From IMG/VR virus record IMGVR_UViG_3300035506_000303: a DNA stretch of 64,000 nucleotides. One strand, 5' to 3'. The notes beneath the pieces are model-generated. The model was not told the origin of the DNA. It searched no databases and saw only the letters and a program-made list of their open reading frames with translations. Positions 32,555-41,273 of the stretch are shown here, one piece after another; position 1 is the stretch's first letter, and each line of letters begins with the position of its first letter. Both the position numbers and the translations under genes were made by a program. This DNA comes from a virus.

Positions 32555-34828
32555 TTAAATATTTTGCAACGCTAGATGTACTGGCTCAATTGCATCTATT
32601 GCCATACCATGTGCCATTGTTTTAATGACTGCTGGTGCTTTCTCGATATACTTCACAACTTCTTCTAAATGCTCGGTAAGGAAACCGTAGCAATCGAAAG
32701 TTTTCAGCAGCATCATATATTCTACAAGACTGAGTGGAGTAGATTCTGGCTTAGACTGAAAGGTTTGGAACATATAGGAAGCTTCAAAATCACTCAATCT
32801 TCGCTCTTTATCTCTACACATCGTTTGCATTTCTTCTGGTGAAATGGAATACTGACTTTCATCAATATCTAAAACTTTGCTGGTCGCTTTTAGCTTATTG
32901 ATTTTGGTATAGCTAGAATGGTGGTAGCTCCATCCTTCTACAAAACTTGTTCTCAACAAATTTCTATGGCTCATATCATGCATAACTTTCAAAATATACT
33001 CAGAATCATAATACCCTTTGTACTTGCCTTCATAAACTTCTGGCTTATAAATTGGATAGCTGGTTATATATTTCTCGCCCGCAAGGTATTTGGCTAATAC
33101 TTCTGCTGACATGTATGGAACAGTTAAAACAATCGTAGCAATATCTCGTTCAAGATAGTTGTTGAAAAGTTTTGTGGCTGCGGAATTGTTTTCAACTTTT
33201 TTGACAGCAATAACTCCGTCAAATTCAGAAAGTGTTTTGTCGAAGAAAGCCTGCAAACCATCTTTCCAAGTTTCTATATTTCGTTTGTAGGTGTTGGTTT
33301 TGAGTGTTACACGGTTCTCTTGTCCGTTCTTCGTGAAACGGAAATCGCCTTTGCCTGATAACATTCCTTTGCCTGTACAACGAGTGATTTCGTAGCCTTG
33401 CTGCTCTGCTTGGGAAACAAGTTGCTTGGCGAAGTTTAAAGCTTCGGTGAATTTGGCATCTTCGAGAAGGGCATAGTAATCAGCAAGAATTCCTTCTTTG
33501 GTGATTTCTTTGGTTTGGAGGTCTACTTTGAAGAAAGGTATTTTAGTGGAAACCACATACTTTCCAGTTTCCAAATCGAACTCTGCATAACACTTATCTA
33601 AAAAGTCCAATTTTCCAATATTGAAATATATAGCATCGGAACTAACAGTATTACTCATCTCGTTCACATTTTTCTTTAAAGGAATATTGTGCTCGCTGCA
33701 ATATGGGTATAAGTCCCTTACGGTATCTATGGTATAAGTTAAAGTTTTATTTTTATCAATAATTTCTTTCTTTAACTTTTGGCAAACTGAGTGCAAATAT
33801 TCCAGCAAGGCATTTGTAGAACATTTATCCGTATTATAATTCTTTGTTGTAATTTTATAAATAAAATCATCAATACAAATAGTGTTACCGAACAGATACC
33901 TGTCAAGAATATCATAGAATAGGATACTATAATTAGTATTTTGGCGAGTGCTCACTTCTACTTTCAAAGGTGCAAATTCTTCTTCTGCAATCTCTTGTAT
34001 GTTTTCTTTTGCTACGGAGCAGCAATATTTTCGCTTTTTAGATGCTAGGATAAGAGGGTTATCTTCCACAGGCAAAAGTTTTTGCATAGTGGCAATTCTG
34101 CGAACACCTAAGGATTTCTTTTTTGAAAAACTCCTCAACTCGCCATACCCGACAGATATTTCATCATAAAACACAGGGAAAGTTATATCTAAGAAAGATT
34201 CTCTTTCGCCATTTGCTTCAAGAATAACAGAAGTTTTAATATAAATACTTTTTTCCTTTTTATCAATGTATTGGAATTGAATAGTTCCAAGAGTAATACT
34301 TCCTGAAAAATCCCCGCCGATAGATGCAGAAATTTGGCTGCATAAAAACTCTTTTAACAGATTCATTGCAACAGAATTTACACCCCAAACTTCGATTCTA
34401 TCTTCTCGTATAGGTTCATCATAAACAGGCGAATTACGAAGGGTATCCCAAATCAAACCTTTCCATCCATTTTTAGATGCATATTTATCCGATTTAAATA
34501 CCCAGCCCATTTTACGACTTACACGATAAAAATTAGGAAGTTCCATTTTAATTTCTGTGCCATTCTCTTTGTGTACTAAGGTTATAGTACATACAGACTC
34601 TGCTGGTTCATAATTCACATAAATTTTGTAATCTTTAAGATGGTTTGGCTTTGGTAGATTGCCAATAAAACTCAAAATAATATTATGCATATCCACAAGT
34701 TCCCATACTTCTTTTCTTTTGTTTTCATTATAGAAATTTTTATATGCTTCAAATGAATCACAGTAGGGTATAGCAACTTTTTTGCCTGCATTTGCTTGAT
34801 TGTTTTTCTTTTTGTGTTTCTTTGACAT
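32555..34828 (-). CDS. Large hypothetical protein (~757 aa from MSKKHKKK), possible C-terminal RQC-like winged helix; third gene of the MoxR-vWA operon
   Basis: AGGAG RBS precedes ATG at 34828, shorter than the ORF-track call; LAKYLAG..YEGKY..ILKVMHDM weakly RQC-like. Confidence 0.7.
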   Translation of the reverse strand: MSKKHKKKNNQANAGKKVAIPYCDSFEAYKNFYNENKRKEVWELVDMHNIILSFIGNLPKPNHLKDYKIYVNYEPAESVCTITLVHKENGTEIKMELPNFYRVSRKMGWVFKSDKYASKNGWKGLIWDTLRNSPVYDEPIREDRIEVWGVNSVAMNLLKEFLCSQISASIGGDFSGSITLGTIQFQYIDKKEKSIYIKTSVILEANGERESFLDITFPVFYDEISVGYGELRSFSKKKSLGVRRIATMQKLLPVEDNPLILASKKRKYCCSVAKENIQEIAEEEFAPLKVEVSTRQNTNYSILFYDILDRYLFGNTICIDDFIYKITTKNYNTDKCSTNALLEYLHSVCQKLKKEIIDKNKTLTYTIDTVRDLYPYCSEHNIPLKKNVNEMSNTVSSDAIYFNIGKLDFLDKCYAEFDLETGKYVVSTKIPFFKVDLQTKEITKEGILADYYALLEDAKFTEALNFAKQLVSQAEQQGYEITRCTGKGMLSGKGDFRFTKNGQENRVTLKTNTYKRNIETWKDGLQAFFDKTLSEFDGVIAVKKVENNSAATKLFNNYLERDIATIVLTVPYMSAEVLAKYLAGEKYITSYPIYKPEVYEGKYKGYYDSEYILKVMHDMSHRNLLRTSFVEGWSYHHSSYTKINKLKATSKVLDIDESQYSISPEEMQTMCRDKERRLSDFEASYMFQTFQSKPESTPLSLVEYMMLLKTFDCYGFLTEHLEEVVKYIEKAPAVIKTMAHGMAIDAIEPVHLALQNI

Positions 34829-34850
34829 ATGTTTGCTCCTTATCTTACTC

Positions 34851-36431
34851 TTATCTAAGATTGGAAATGAATGTAATAATATCTCTTGCGGTAAGCACTT
34901 CGTACATCGGGCAATACTTTTGGTAAATGCCCGCAATGCTGTCGTGTGTATCCCATAATCGTTCTGCTTCTGTATTCAACCAATAGGCTCGTTTACATCT
35001 TCTTGTGCATTGTTGCAGATAAAACTCGCCTGTTGGATTTTTGTTGTTTCTTGCATCACCAATAAACAGCAGCATAGTATCTTTTTTTAGAACATCTTTG
35101 TGCTCTGTGTATAAGGACTGCAACGGGCGATTGTAATCAGAATAAACACCATGTGTTGGTATTTGTGCAAAAATGTCTGTTACAACTTGCTCTGTATCAT
35201 CTAAGGTGAAAATATCTGAAACATCGTATAAGGAATTTACAAATACGAAACATTTCACACCTTGGGTAAATACTTTGCTTAGAATGTGCATGAAGGAAAT
35301 CATAACACGGCTTGCTCCACTGCAAGAGCCTGATATATCAAGAACCAAAACGAGGCGGGTACGGTTTCGTTTTGGTTTATTACGAATAACTTGCATTGGC
35401 ACACCAGCCGTTTTGCATGCTTTCTTAATCGTTTGCTTGATGTTAACAGGTGTACTTGTCAGATTACAAATATTTCTCTGCATACGAGTATACAGAGCAA
35501 CAGAATTCTTACGTATAAAATACTCCAGCTTTCTGCGGTCATCTTCCGTTAGCTTTTCCATAGATTTGGTAAAAACACCATTCGGGTCAGTAAATCCTGC
35601 ACCAGATGACTGCACTGCACGATGGGCTGTTTCTACATCAAATACCGCTCGACTATGCTTTGACATTTCTTTTTGAATGGCTTCTTCTTGTTTGGCTTGC
35701 TCTTTTTCAATCTTAGTCATCGCTTTCAATGCATCTTTTTGTTCTTTGTCCATCTTTTTCTTGGCTTCGTCATATTTGCGATTGATTTCATCTTTTATAC
35801 CCTGAAAGCCCTCTGCGGATTGATTTACTGCAACTACACGGTCAAGCAGCGATTGCAGAGATTCCATTTTATCTATATCACCATTCCACAAAGCATCTTC
35901 GATTTTATCGGATATTTCCTTTACAGCTTCCTTGATATGTTCGGACGATTTTCCGTCAAGAATGGCTTTTGTGGATTCACTTAGATTTGCATACTCATCC
36001 GATTTGTGCTCCGCACCTGCATCTGTTTGGCTCTTATATTTCTGGAAAGCCTCGTCAATTTCTTGCTGCCTTTTTCGTTCGTTTTCCAATGACTGCTTAG
36101 AGTACTGTTCCTCAATTTCTTGTCTTGCTGCTCTATGCTTTGTGGTTGTTTCAGAACGTTTCTTTGTCAATTTATCAAGTTTCTTGTTTAAATCTTCAAT
36201 ATCTTGATAATCTTTCATATACTGCTTGCGATAATCTACAATATATTTGGCTTGTTCTTGCGTTTTGCAAAATAATACCCGCATAAGAGGGTCTAATAGT
36301 TCAAAATCACAAATAGTCTCAATGGTAGTCATACCAGCATAGGCTTGCACTACATTGAGAATATCGCCAGCGGTAATGTCATAGCCTACATTTCGTAAAT
36401 AACTTACGAATCCGCATAACCATTGAACCAT
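34851..36431 (-). CDS. vWA domain protein, CoxE-like, with central coiled coil
   Basis: FVSYLRNVG N-terminus; LVLDISGS MIDAS; GVYSDY, FIGDARNN, WLNTE motifs. Confidence 0.9.
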   Translation of the reverse strand: MVQWLCGFVSYLRNVGYDITAGDILNVVQAYAGMTTIETICDFELLDPLMRVLFCKTQEQAKYIVDYRKQYMKDYQDIEDLNKKLDKLTKKRSETTTKHRAARQEIEEQYSKQSLENERKRQQEIDEAFQKYKSQTDAGAEHKSDEYANLSESTKAILDGKSSEHIKEAVKEISDKIEDALWNGDIDKMESLQSLLDRVVAVNQSAEGFQGIKDEINRKYDEAKKKMDKEQKDALKAMTKIEKEQAKQEEAIQKEMSKHSRAVFDVETAHRAVQSSGAGFTDPNGVFTKSMEKLTEDDRRKLEYFIRKNSVALYTRMQRNICNLTSTPVNIKQTIKKACKTAGVPMQVIRNKPKRNRTRLVLVLDISGSCSGASRVMISFMHILSKVFTQGVKCFVFVNSLYDVSDIFTLDDTEQVVTDIFAQIPTHGVYSDYNRPLQSLYTEHKDVLKKDTMLLFIGDARNNKNPTGEFYLQQCTRRCKRAYWLNTEAERLWDTHDSIAGIYQKYCPMYEVLTARDIITFISNLR

Positions 36432-36435
36432 AGGG

Positions 36436-37383
36436 CTATTCCTCGATTTCTAACATAATTGGATTCAAACTGCCTTTACTGTCTAGTTCAGATACCAAGA
36501 TAGGCATAAGGGCATCAAGATGTTTCAAAATATAGTCATAATCGTTCTTTGTTTTAGCGATTGTCATAATTGTAGATTTAAAGTTCGTACCTTTTGTGGA
36601 CATAATAATGTTTGCCCAGTCAATTGCTTCTGCTGTTGATGGCTTCTGTTCAATCGTAGGATTGCTATTAATTTTCAGAATAGCTTCTGCAATACCTTTG
36701 ATAAGATTTGGATTGGCAACTACTCGCTTACTAATAATCTGTTCCAGTTCCGTGCGAGATTTCTGTTCAATATAAAGGTAGCCACATCGCCGTTTTAAAG
36801 GCTCTGATAGTTCACGGAATCTGTTGGAAGTCAGGAATACGATTGGTTCATTTCCTTCCTTACAATGCACTGTACCGAGCTGTGGGATAGAAATAGAATA
36901 GTCTTCCAAAAATTCCAGAAGTGTATGTTCAATTTCTTCTGATGCCTTATCCACTTCGTCAAGCAGCAATACACATCTGCCTTCGCTTGTAATAGATTTC
37001 AACAACGGGCGGGGAATCAAAAAGTTTTCGGAATAGAAATTCATGTGGCTAGCTACATCAATTGCTTGGTCTACATCTTTTCCTTTTAAAGTATCCTGTA
37101 AGGTTGCAGAGATAGCCTGAATGGTAAGAAGCTGCTTCTGATAGTCATAGTCGTACAAAATATCATCTGCCGTCAGTCCTTCATAAAACTGCATACGAAT
37201 GAGAGGAAGATTTAACCATTGTGCTACGGTTTGTGCAAGACTTGTCTTACCAGTCCCAGGTGCTCCTTCGATAATGATTGGTTTGTTAAAATTGATTGCA
37301 GTAGCTGCTGCAAAGAGAATATTATTTGTTGGAGTGTAGCCGTTCTCTACAAGTCCTTCCTTGATTTCTTTTAATGAATACAT
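36436..37383 (-). CDS. MoxR-family AAA+ ATPase (CoxD-like)
   Basis: Walker A EGAPGTGKT, QFYEGL, YDYDYQKQLL, Walker B LLLDEVDK, TSN..RELSEPLKRRC. Confidence 0.93.
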   Translation of the reverse strand: MYSLKEIKEGLVENGYTPTNNILFAAATAINFNKPIIIEGAPGTGKTSLAQTVAQWLNLPLIRMQFYEGLTADDILYDYDYQKQLLTIQAISATLQDTLKGKDVDQAIDVASHMNFYSENFLIPRPLLKSITSEGRCVLLLDEVDKASEEIEHTLLEFLEDYSISIPQLGTVHCKEGNEPIVFLTSNRFRELSEPLKRRCGYLYIEQKSRTELEQIISKRVVANPNLIKGIAEAILKINSNPTIEQKPSTAEAIDWANIIMSTKGTNFKSTIMTIAKTKNDYDYILKHLDALMPILVSELDSKGSLNPIMLEIEE

Positions 37384-37410
37384 ACTTTAATTCCTCCTAT
37401 TTGTAGCTAT

Positions 37411-37439
37411 ACTATACTCTTATATTCTTACTTTGTCAA
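37411..37439 (-). promoter_or_regulatory. SigmaA-type promoter of the MoxR-vWA operon
   Basis: TTGACA-17 bp-TATAGT on the minus strand, upstream of an AGGAGG RBS. Confidence 0.8.
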
Positions 37440-37475
37440 TATGGAATAATTACAATATATGTTTAGTATAAAAAA

Positions 37476-37737
37476 ACACGACACACTATTTTGAGCAGAA
37501 AGATTTTAACAATATAAAAATCGGCATAGTTGCCAGTAGTACAGTTGATTCGATTTACCTAGCATCGCTAACTAAAAGTGGTTAATTCAGCTTATTTTAA
37601 GCGAGATAAGGTGTTTTATTTACTGCTTTTGCTTGTTAGAAGGACACTTGCTTTCTAACGAAAGTTACGAAAAATATCAAAATAACATTGAATTTTCCAC
37701 TTGTGTAATTTATTCTGCTCAAAATAGTGTGTCGTGT
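37476..37737. other. Non-coding element bounded by a perfect 25-bp inverted repeat (candidate structured ncRNA, MITE or invertible segment)
   Basis: ACACGACACACTATTTTGAGCAGAA (37476-37500) and its exact reverse complement (37713-37737); 212-bp interior with several hairpins. Confidence 0.7.
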
Positions 37738-37774
37738 AAAAAAACGATGTGTGCCTAAGCACACATCGTTTTTT
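37738..37774. terminator. Bidirectional intrinsic terminator
   Basis: AAAAAACGATGTGTGC-CTAA-GCACACATCGTTTTTT. Confidence 0.85.
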
Positions 37775-39374
37775 AGTATTGCGTTAATTCCATTCTGCTC
37801 ATCTCATTTACAGCAGGCTCGGAATCATACTCAAATACCACATAGACACTTCTATTGATAAATGGATTTTGAATATCTACATACTCTCGCATATATCTCT
37901 CTTTATCGGACAAAGAACTCAAAGTTCTTGCATTTGCAATAATCTGATTCGTTTTCGCCCGTTTAAAATCTTGATAAATCTCCTTATCATGTGCACAAAT
38001 ATCTGTAAAATATGCTGAACCTGTACCGTCTCTATTTAAACCACGGTCATACCATCTCTGAGCATACTGTTGTGAATTTGGAGCAGCTTGTGACGTAGCC
38101 TGTGAATACGTATACTGCTGCTGATTATCAAGATAGCCTGTTGGAGCTTCATCTGTATACTGTGGCTGACCTCCAAGATATCCTGTTGGGGCTTCGTCTG
38201 TATACTGTGGCTGACCTCCAAGATAACCTGTGGGTGCTTCGTCTGTATACTGTGGCTGATTATCAAGATATCCTGTTGGGGCTTCGTCTGTATACTGTGG
38301 CTGGTCACCAAGATAACCTGTTGGGGCTTCATCTGTTTCAGCTTGTGTAGCAAGATACCCAGTAGGTGCTTCATCTGTTTCTGACTGATTCCCTAAGAAG
38401 CCTGTTGGAGCTTCATCTGTATACTGTGACTGGTCACCAAGAAAACCTGTAGGAGCTTCATCTGTTTCAGGTTGACTATCAAGAAAACCTGTAGGAGCTT
38501 CATCTGTAAAATCACTAGGTGCAGAATAATTTGGTCCATAATCTAATGGTGCAAGCATAATTCCTTGCTCTAGTGGCATTGTAGGCACATCTTCATCTAC
38601 ATACTGAGCTTGGGGAGTATCCCCTATATACCCAGTGGGAGCATCATCATCACTTGGTGTTGCAGCAGCAAATGCCGAGGCAGGTATGTTTATGTAATTT
38701 TCCTCTTGCATTGGCATTTGATTATTCTGCTGCATGTTATCTTGATAAGAATAAGGCTGCATATTAGCAGAATAAGGTTGCCCTTGCATATTATCTGTAT
38801 AAGGATTAGGAGGAAAACCTGTGTCATAATAAGATGGTTGAGAATAAGGCATATTTGGATTCATATTCTGTTGTGTATAGAAATCGTTGCCTTGCACACC
38901 TTGCATACCTTGCATACCTTGCATACCTTGTGGGTAAGCATTGTTTGCATTCTCAAAGTCAAGCATCTTCTTCGCATATTCCATATCTTCTTGTGGCACA
39001 CGAATATCGGAAACATATTCATCAGGATTGCTGTTCTGCATATGTGATTGGGTGAACTCTTGCCAGTCCATATGGTAATTTGGCACATTTTTTCTAGCCT
39101 GTTCTGCATCATACTCACTGGTTTCTCGAATACCATTGAAAGAAGCTGTGCTATGCATCAAAGTAGACTTGGAATAACTAATATCATACCCCACAGACTT
39201 ATCTACATTCTTTTCAAAAAGTTCTCTTTGCACTTTGTACTTATGCCCTGTTTTTTCATCAATTATTTGTGTAATATGAAATTTTATGCAGCATACTATA
39301 CACGCCATACCGCAAAGAATACCTGCTATGATACATGCCCAGAAAACAATATTAAGTGTTGCACTACTTTCCAT
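37773..39374 (-). CDS. N-terminally anchored membrane protein with Q/P/M-rich region and nine TDEAPTG[FY]L repeats; probable kinase substrate / FHA scaffold
   Basis: Single TM at aa ~9-31; repeats visible in translation; directly downstream of the membrane Ser/Thr kinase. Confidence 0.75.
   Translation of the reverse strand: MESSATLNIVFWACIIAGILCGMACIVCCIKFHITQIIDEKTGHKYKVQRELFEKNVDKSVGYDISYSKSTLMHSTASFNGIRETSEYDAEQARKNVPNYHMDWQEFTQSHMQNSNPDEYVSDIRVPQEDMEYAKKMLDFENANNAYPQGMQGMQGMQGVQGNDFYTQQNMNPNMPYSQPSYYDTGFPPNPYTDNMQGQPYSANMQPYSYQDNMQQNNQMPMQEENYINIPASAFAAATPSDDDAPTGYIGDTPQAQYVDEDVPTMPLEQGIMLAPLDYGPNYSAPSDFTDEAPTGFLDSQPETDEAPTGFLGDQSQYTDEAPTGFLGNQSETDEAPTGYLATQAETDEAPTGYLGDQPQYTDEAPTGYLDNQPQYTDEAPTGYLGGQPQYTDEAPTGYLGGQPQYTDEAPTGYLDNQQQYTYSQATSQAAPNSQQYAQRWYDRGLNRDGTGSAYFTDICAHDKEIYQDFKRAKTNQIIANARTLSSLSDKERYMREYVDIQNPFINRSVYVVFEYDSEPAVNEMSRMELTQY
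38110..38510. repeat. Coding tandem repeat of 42-45-bp units encoding TDEAPTG[FY]Lxxxxx(x)
   Basis: GCTTC(A/G)TCTGT recurs nine times at 42-45-bp spacing. Confidence 0.9.
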
Positions 39375-39396
39375 ATATTACACCGTCCTTAATTTC

Positions 39397-41148
39397 TTAA
39401 TTATCATAAGCAAGTTTCACCTTTTCTTCTAAAGAAGTCATACGGTTACTTAAATCATTATAAAGCTGCTCTGCTTTTGTACTAGTTCTTTGGCTGCCAC
39501 TAGCAACTTTCAAATAAGCTTTCATTTGCTTTAACTGAGCTTCAATATCGTCTCTTGTAACGCCTGCTACACGTAACTGATATCCGTATGTATAAATGCA
39601 GTCTGCAATTGCAGAATATGTCTGTAACTCAAGCAATTCGCCTTTCTCTAGAGTATTTACACGAAGTAAGTTGTCCCAATAATCGTGTATCATCTCAGAT
39701 TCATTTGAACCAATTACAGCAGATGAAATTGTTTTCTTAAACGTACCTAACTGGCAATAGATATCAGCGGTATCTTTGTCATAACTATCGTCATCTGTGC
39801 TAGTTTGTTCATTATAATAATCTCTGGCATCTTGAAACCAACGTAATGCAGAAATCTCTGGTGTATCGCCCTCATAATAATACCAGTATAAAATACCAAT
39901 TTCATATGCTAATTTACCGTAGGTATCTTGCTGCTGCAACTGACTTAAATTCGGCAGCAAATAATCTAAAATAGATTCTTCCTCTGATTTAGTAAAACTA
40001 GAATCCACTTTATAAGCGTCAATTAAACCTAAATATGGTTCGATTTCGTACGGCTTCAAAGAAATTGCAGCCAAATAATCTTGTGCATCACTTGTTCGCT
40101 CTGCTTTTTCTAACTGCACGAGATAGTTATTATTAAACTGATTATGCAGCAGAATTTGGGGAATACTGGAAGAAATAAAGCAGCAAATGGATAATACAAA
40201 CAAAATAATGGTAATTGCCAGTTGTCTATTAACTGTCTTTTTATGTTTTTCAGAGAAATCTGTACTGTACCGTAAATCTACTTTTAAATCTAATACTGAT
40301 GCATATCGTTTATTGATATCCGGCTCCATAGCCTTATCTATAATAGCATCAACCTCTGCGGGCACACTTGGATTAAAGGAAGCAGCTTTTTTTCTGCCTT
40401 GCATAATTCCCGTTTGTGTTACATAGTGAGATGGCATATCAGCCGTCAATAAATAATAGAAAGTTGCACCTAGAGAAAAGATATCGGAACGTAGGTCATA
40501 CTTAGCACCTTTATGGTAAAGCTCTGGTGCAGCGAAACCTGGTGTACCAATGGTATTTGTAATACGGTTCTTATTTCTGTTTTCTGGTGTGTCAAGAATA
40601 TTACCATGTTCATCTGTTTCTTCATCTTCCAATACAACAGAAATACCAAAGTCCAATATCATCAAATTACGGTTAGGGCATACCATAATATTCAAAGGCT
40701 TCAGGTCACGATATAAAATTGCTGGCTTATTTGGTGCTTTTTTGTGCAGATAAGCAACTACTTCGCAAAGCTGCATCATATATTGAGTTGCTAGTTCTAC
40801 ACTTAATGGGCCATGCTCTACAATAAAATCTTGTAAGTTCTGCCCTGTTACATAATCCATAATAATATACGTACAATTATTTTCCTTTTCAATAGATACG
40901 ATTCTTGGTATTGATGGATTATTTAAGCTTTTCATGATATATGCTTCTGAAATTAAAGCTTCTTCTTCCATACGGTCTTTGTCCGTAACACCGTGCATAA
41001 TTTCTTTGGCACACCATACCTGTTTCAAATTTACTTCACGTACTTGGTAGACGTGAGACATACCGCCACCTTTAATGATTTTCTCAACCATGTATCTACC
41101 ACGACAGATATATTCACCCGCCTGTCTTACATTTTGATTATTACTCAC
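39397..41148 (-). CDS. Hanks-type Ser/Thr protein kinase with TM and extracellular TPR-like helical domain
   Basis: IKGGGMSHVY, CAKE, YRDLKPLN, LDFG, GTPGFAAPE, SDIFSLG; TM at ~aa 310-335. Confidence 0.95.
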   Translation of the reverse strand: MSNNQNVRQAGEYICRGRYMVEKIIKGGGMSHVYQVREVNLKQVWCAKEIMHGVTDKDRMEEEALISEAYIMKSLNNPSIPRIVSIEKENNCTYIIMDYVTGQNLQDFIVEHGPLSVELATQYMMQLCEVVAYLHKKAPNKPAILYRDLKPLNIMVCPNRNLMILDFGISVVLEDEETDEHGNILDTPENRNKNRITNTIGTPGFAAPELYHKGAKYDLRSDIFSLGATFYYLLTADMPSHYVTQTGIMQGRKKAASFNPSVPAEVDAIIDKAMEPDINKRYASVLDLKVDLRYSTDFSEKHKKTVNRQLAITIILFVLSICCFISSSIPQILLHNQFNNNYLVQLEKAERTSDAQDYLAAISLKPYEIEPYLGLIDAYKVDSSFTKSEEESILDYLLPNLSQLQQQDTYGKLAYEIGILYWYYYEGDTPEISALRWFQDARDYYNEQTSTDDDSYDKDTADIYCQLGTFKKTISSAVIGSNESEMIHDYWDNLLRVNTLEKGELLELQTYSAIADCIYTYGYQLRVAGVTRDDIEAQLKQMKAYLKVASGSQRTSTKAEQLYNDLSNRMTSLEEKVKLAYDN

Positions 41149-41273
41149 CTAAATTCCTTCCTTTCGTTTAGCTAACCATTATATACGTTTACCTAGTTTT
41201 ATGTTTTGTGTAGCTACAAAAGCTGCCGTTTTTAAGAAAGTTGAAGCAGAAAAGCTAAAAGAAAACTGCGATG

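Noticed and set aside
34829..34936. N-terminal extension of the 32555..34936 ORF
   Set aside because: Overlaps the vWA gene; an AGGAG RBS supports the ATG at 34828
37476..37737. Retron msr-msd (a1/a2 inverted repeats) or tRNA/tmRNA
   Set aside because: No reverse transcriptase adjacent; no cloverleaf, T-loop or CCA end recognisable
38110..38510. 42-45-bp repeats as a CRISPR array or DGR template/variable repeats
   Set aside because: Variation is codon-structured within an ORF, not adenine-specific; no reverse transcriptase in the window
38110..38660. APTGY in the Thr repeats matching the E..APTGY box of the SpaA domains
   Set aside because: The repeats lack the surrounding beta-strand context and Lys/Asn isopeptide residues; most likely coincidental
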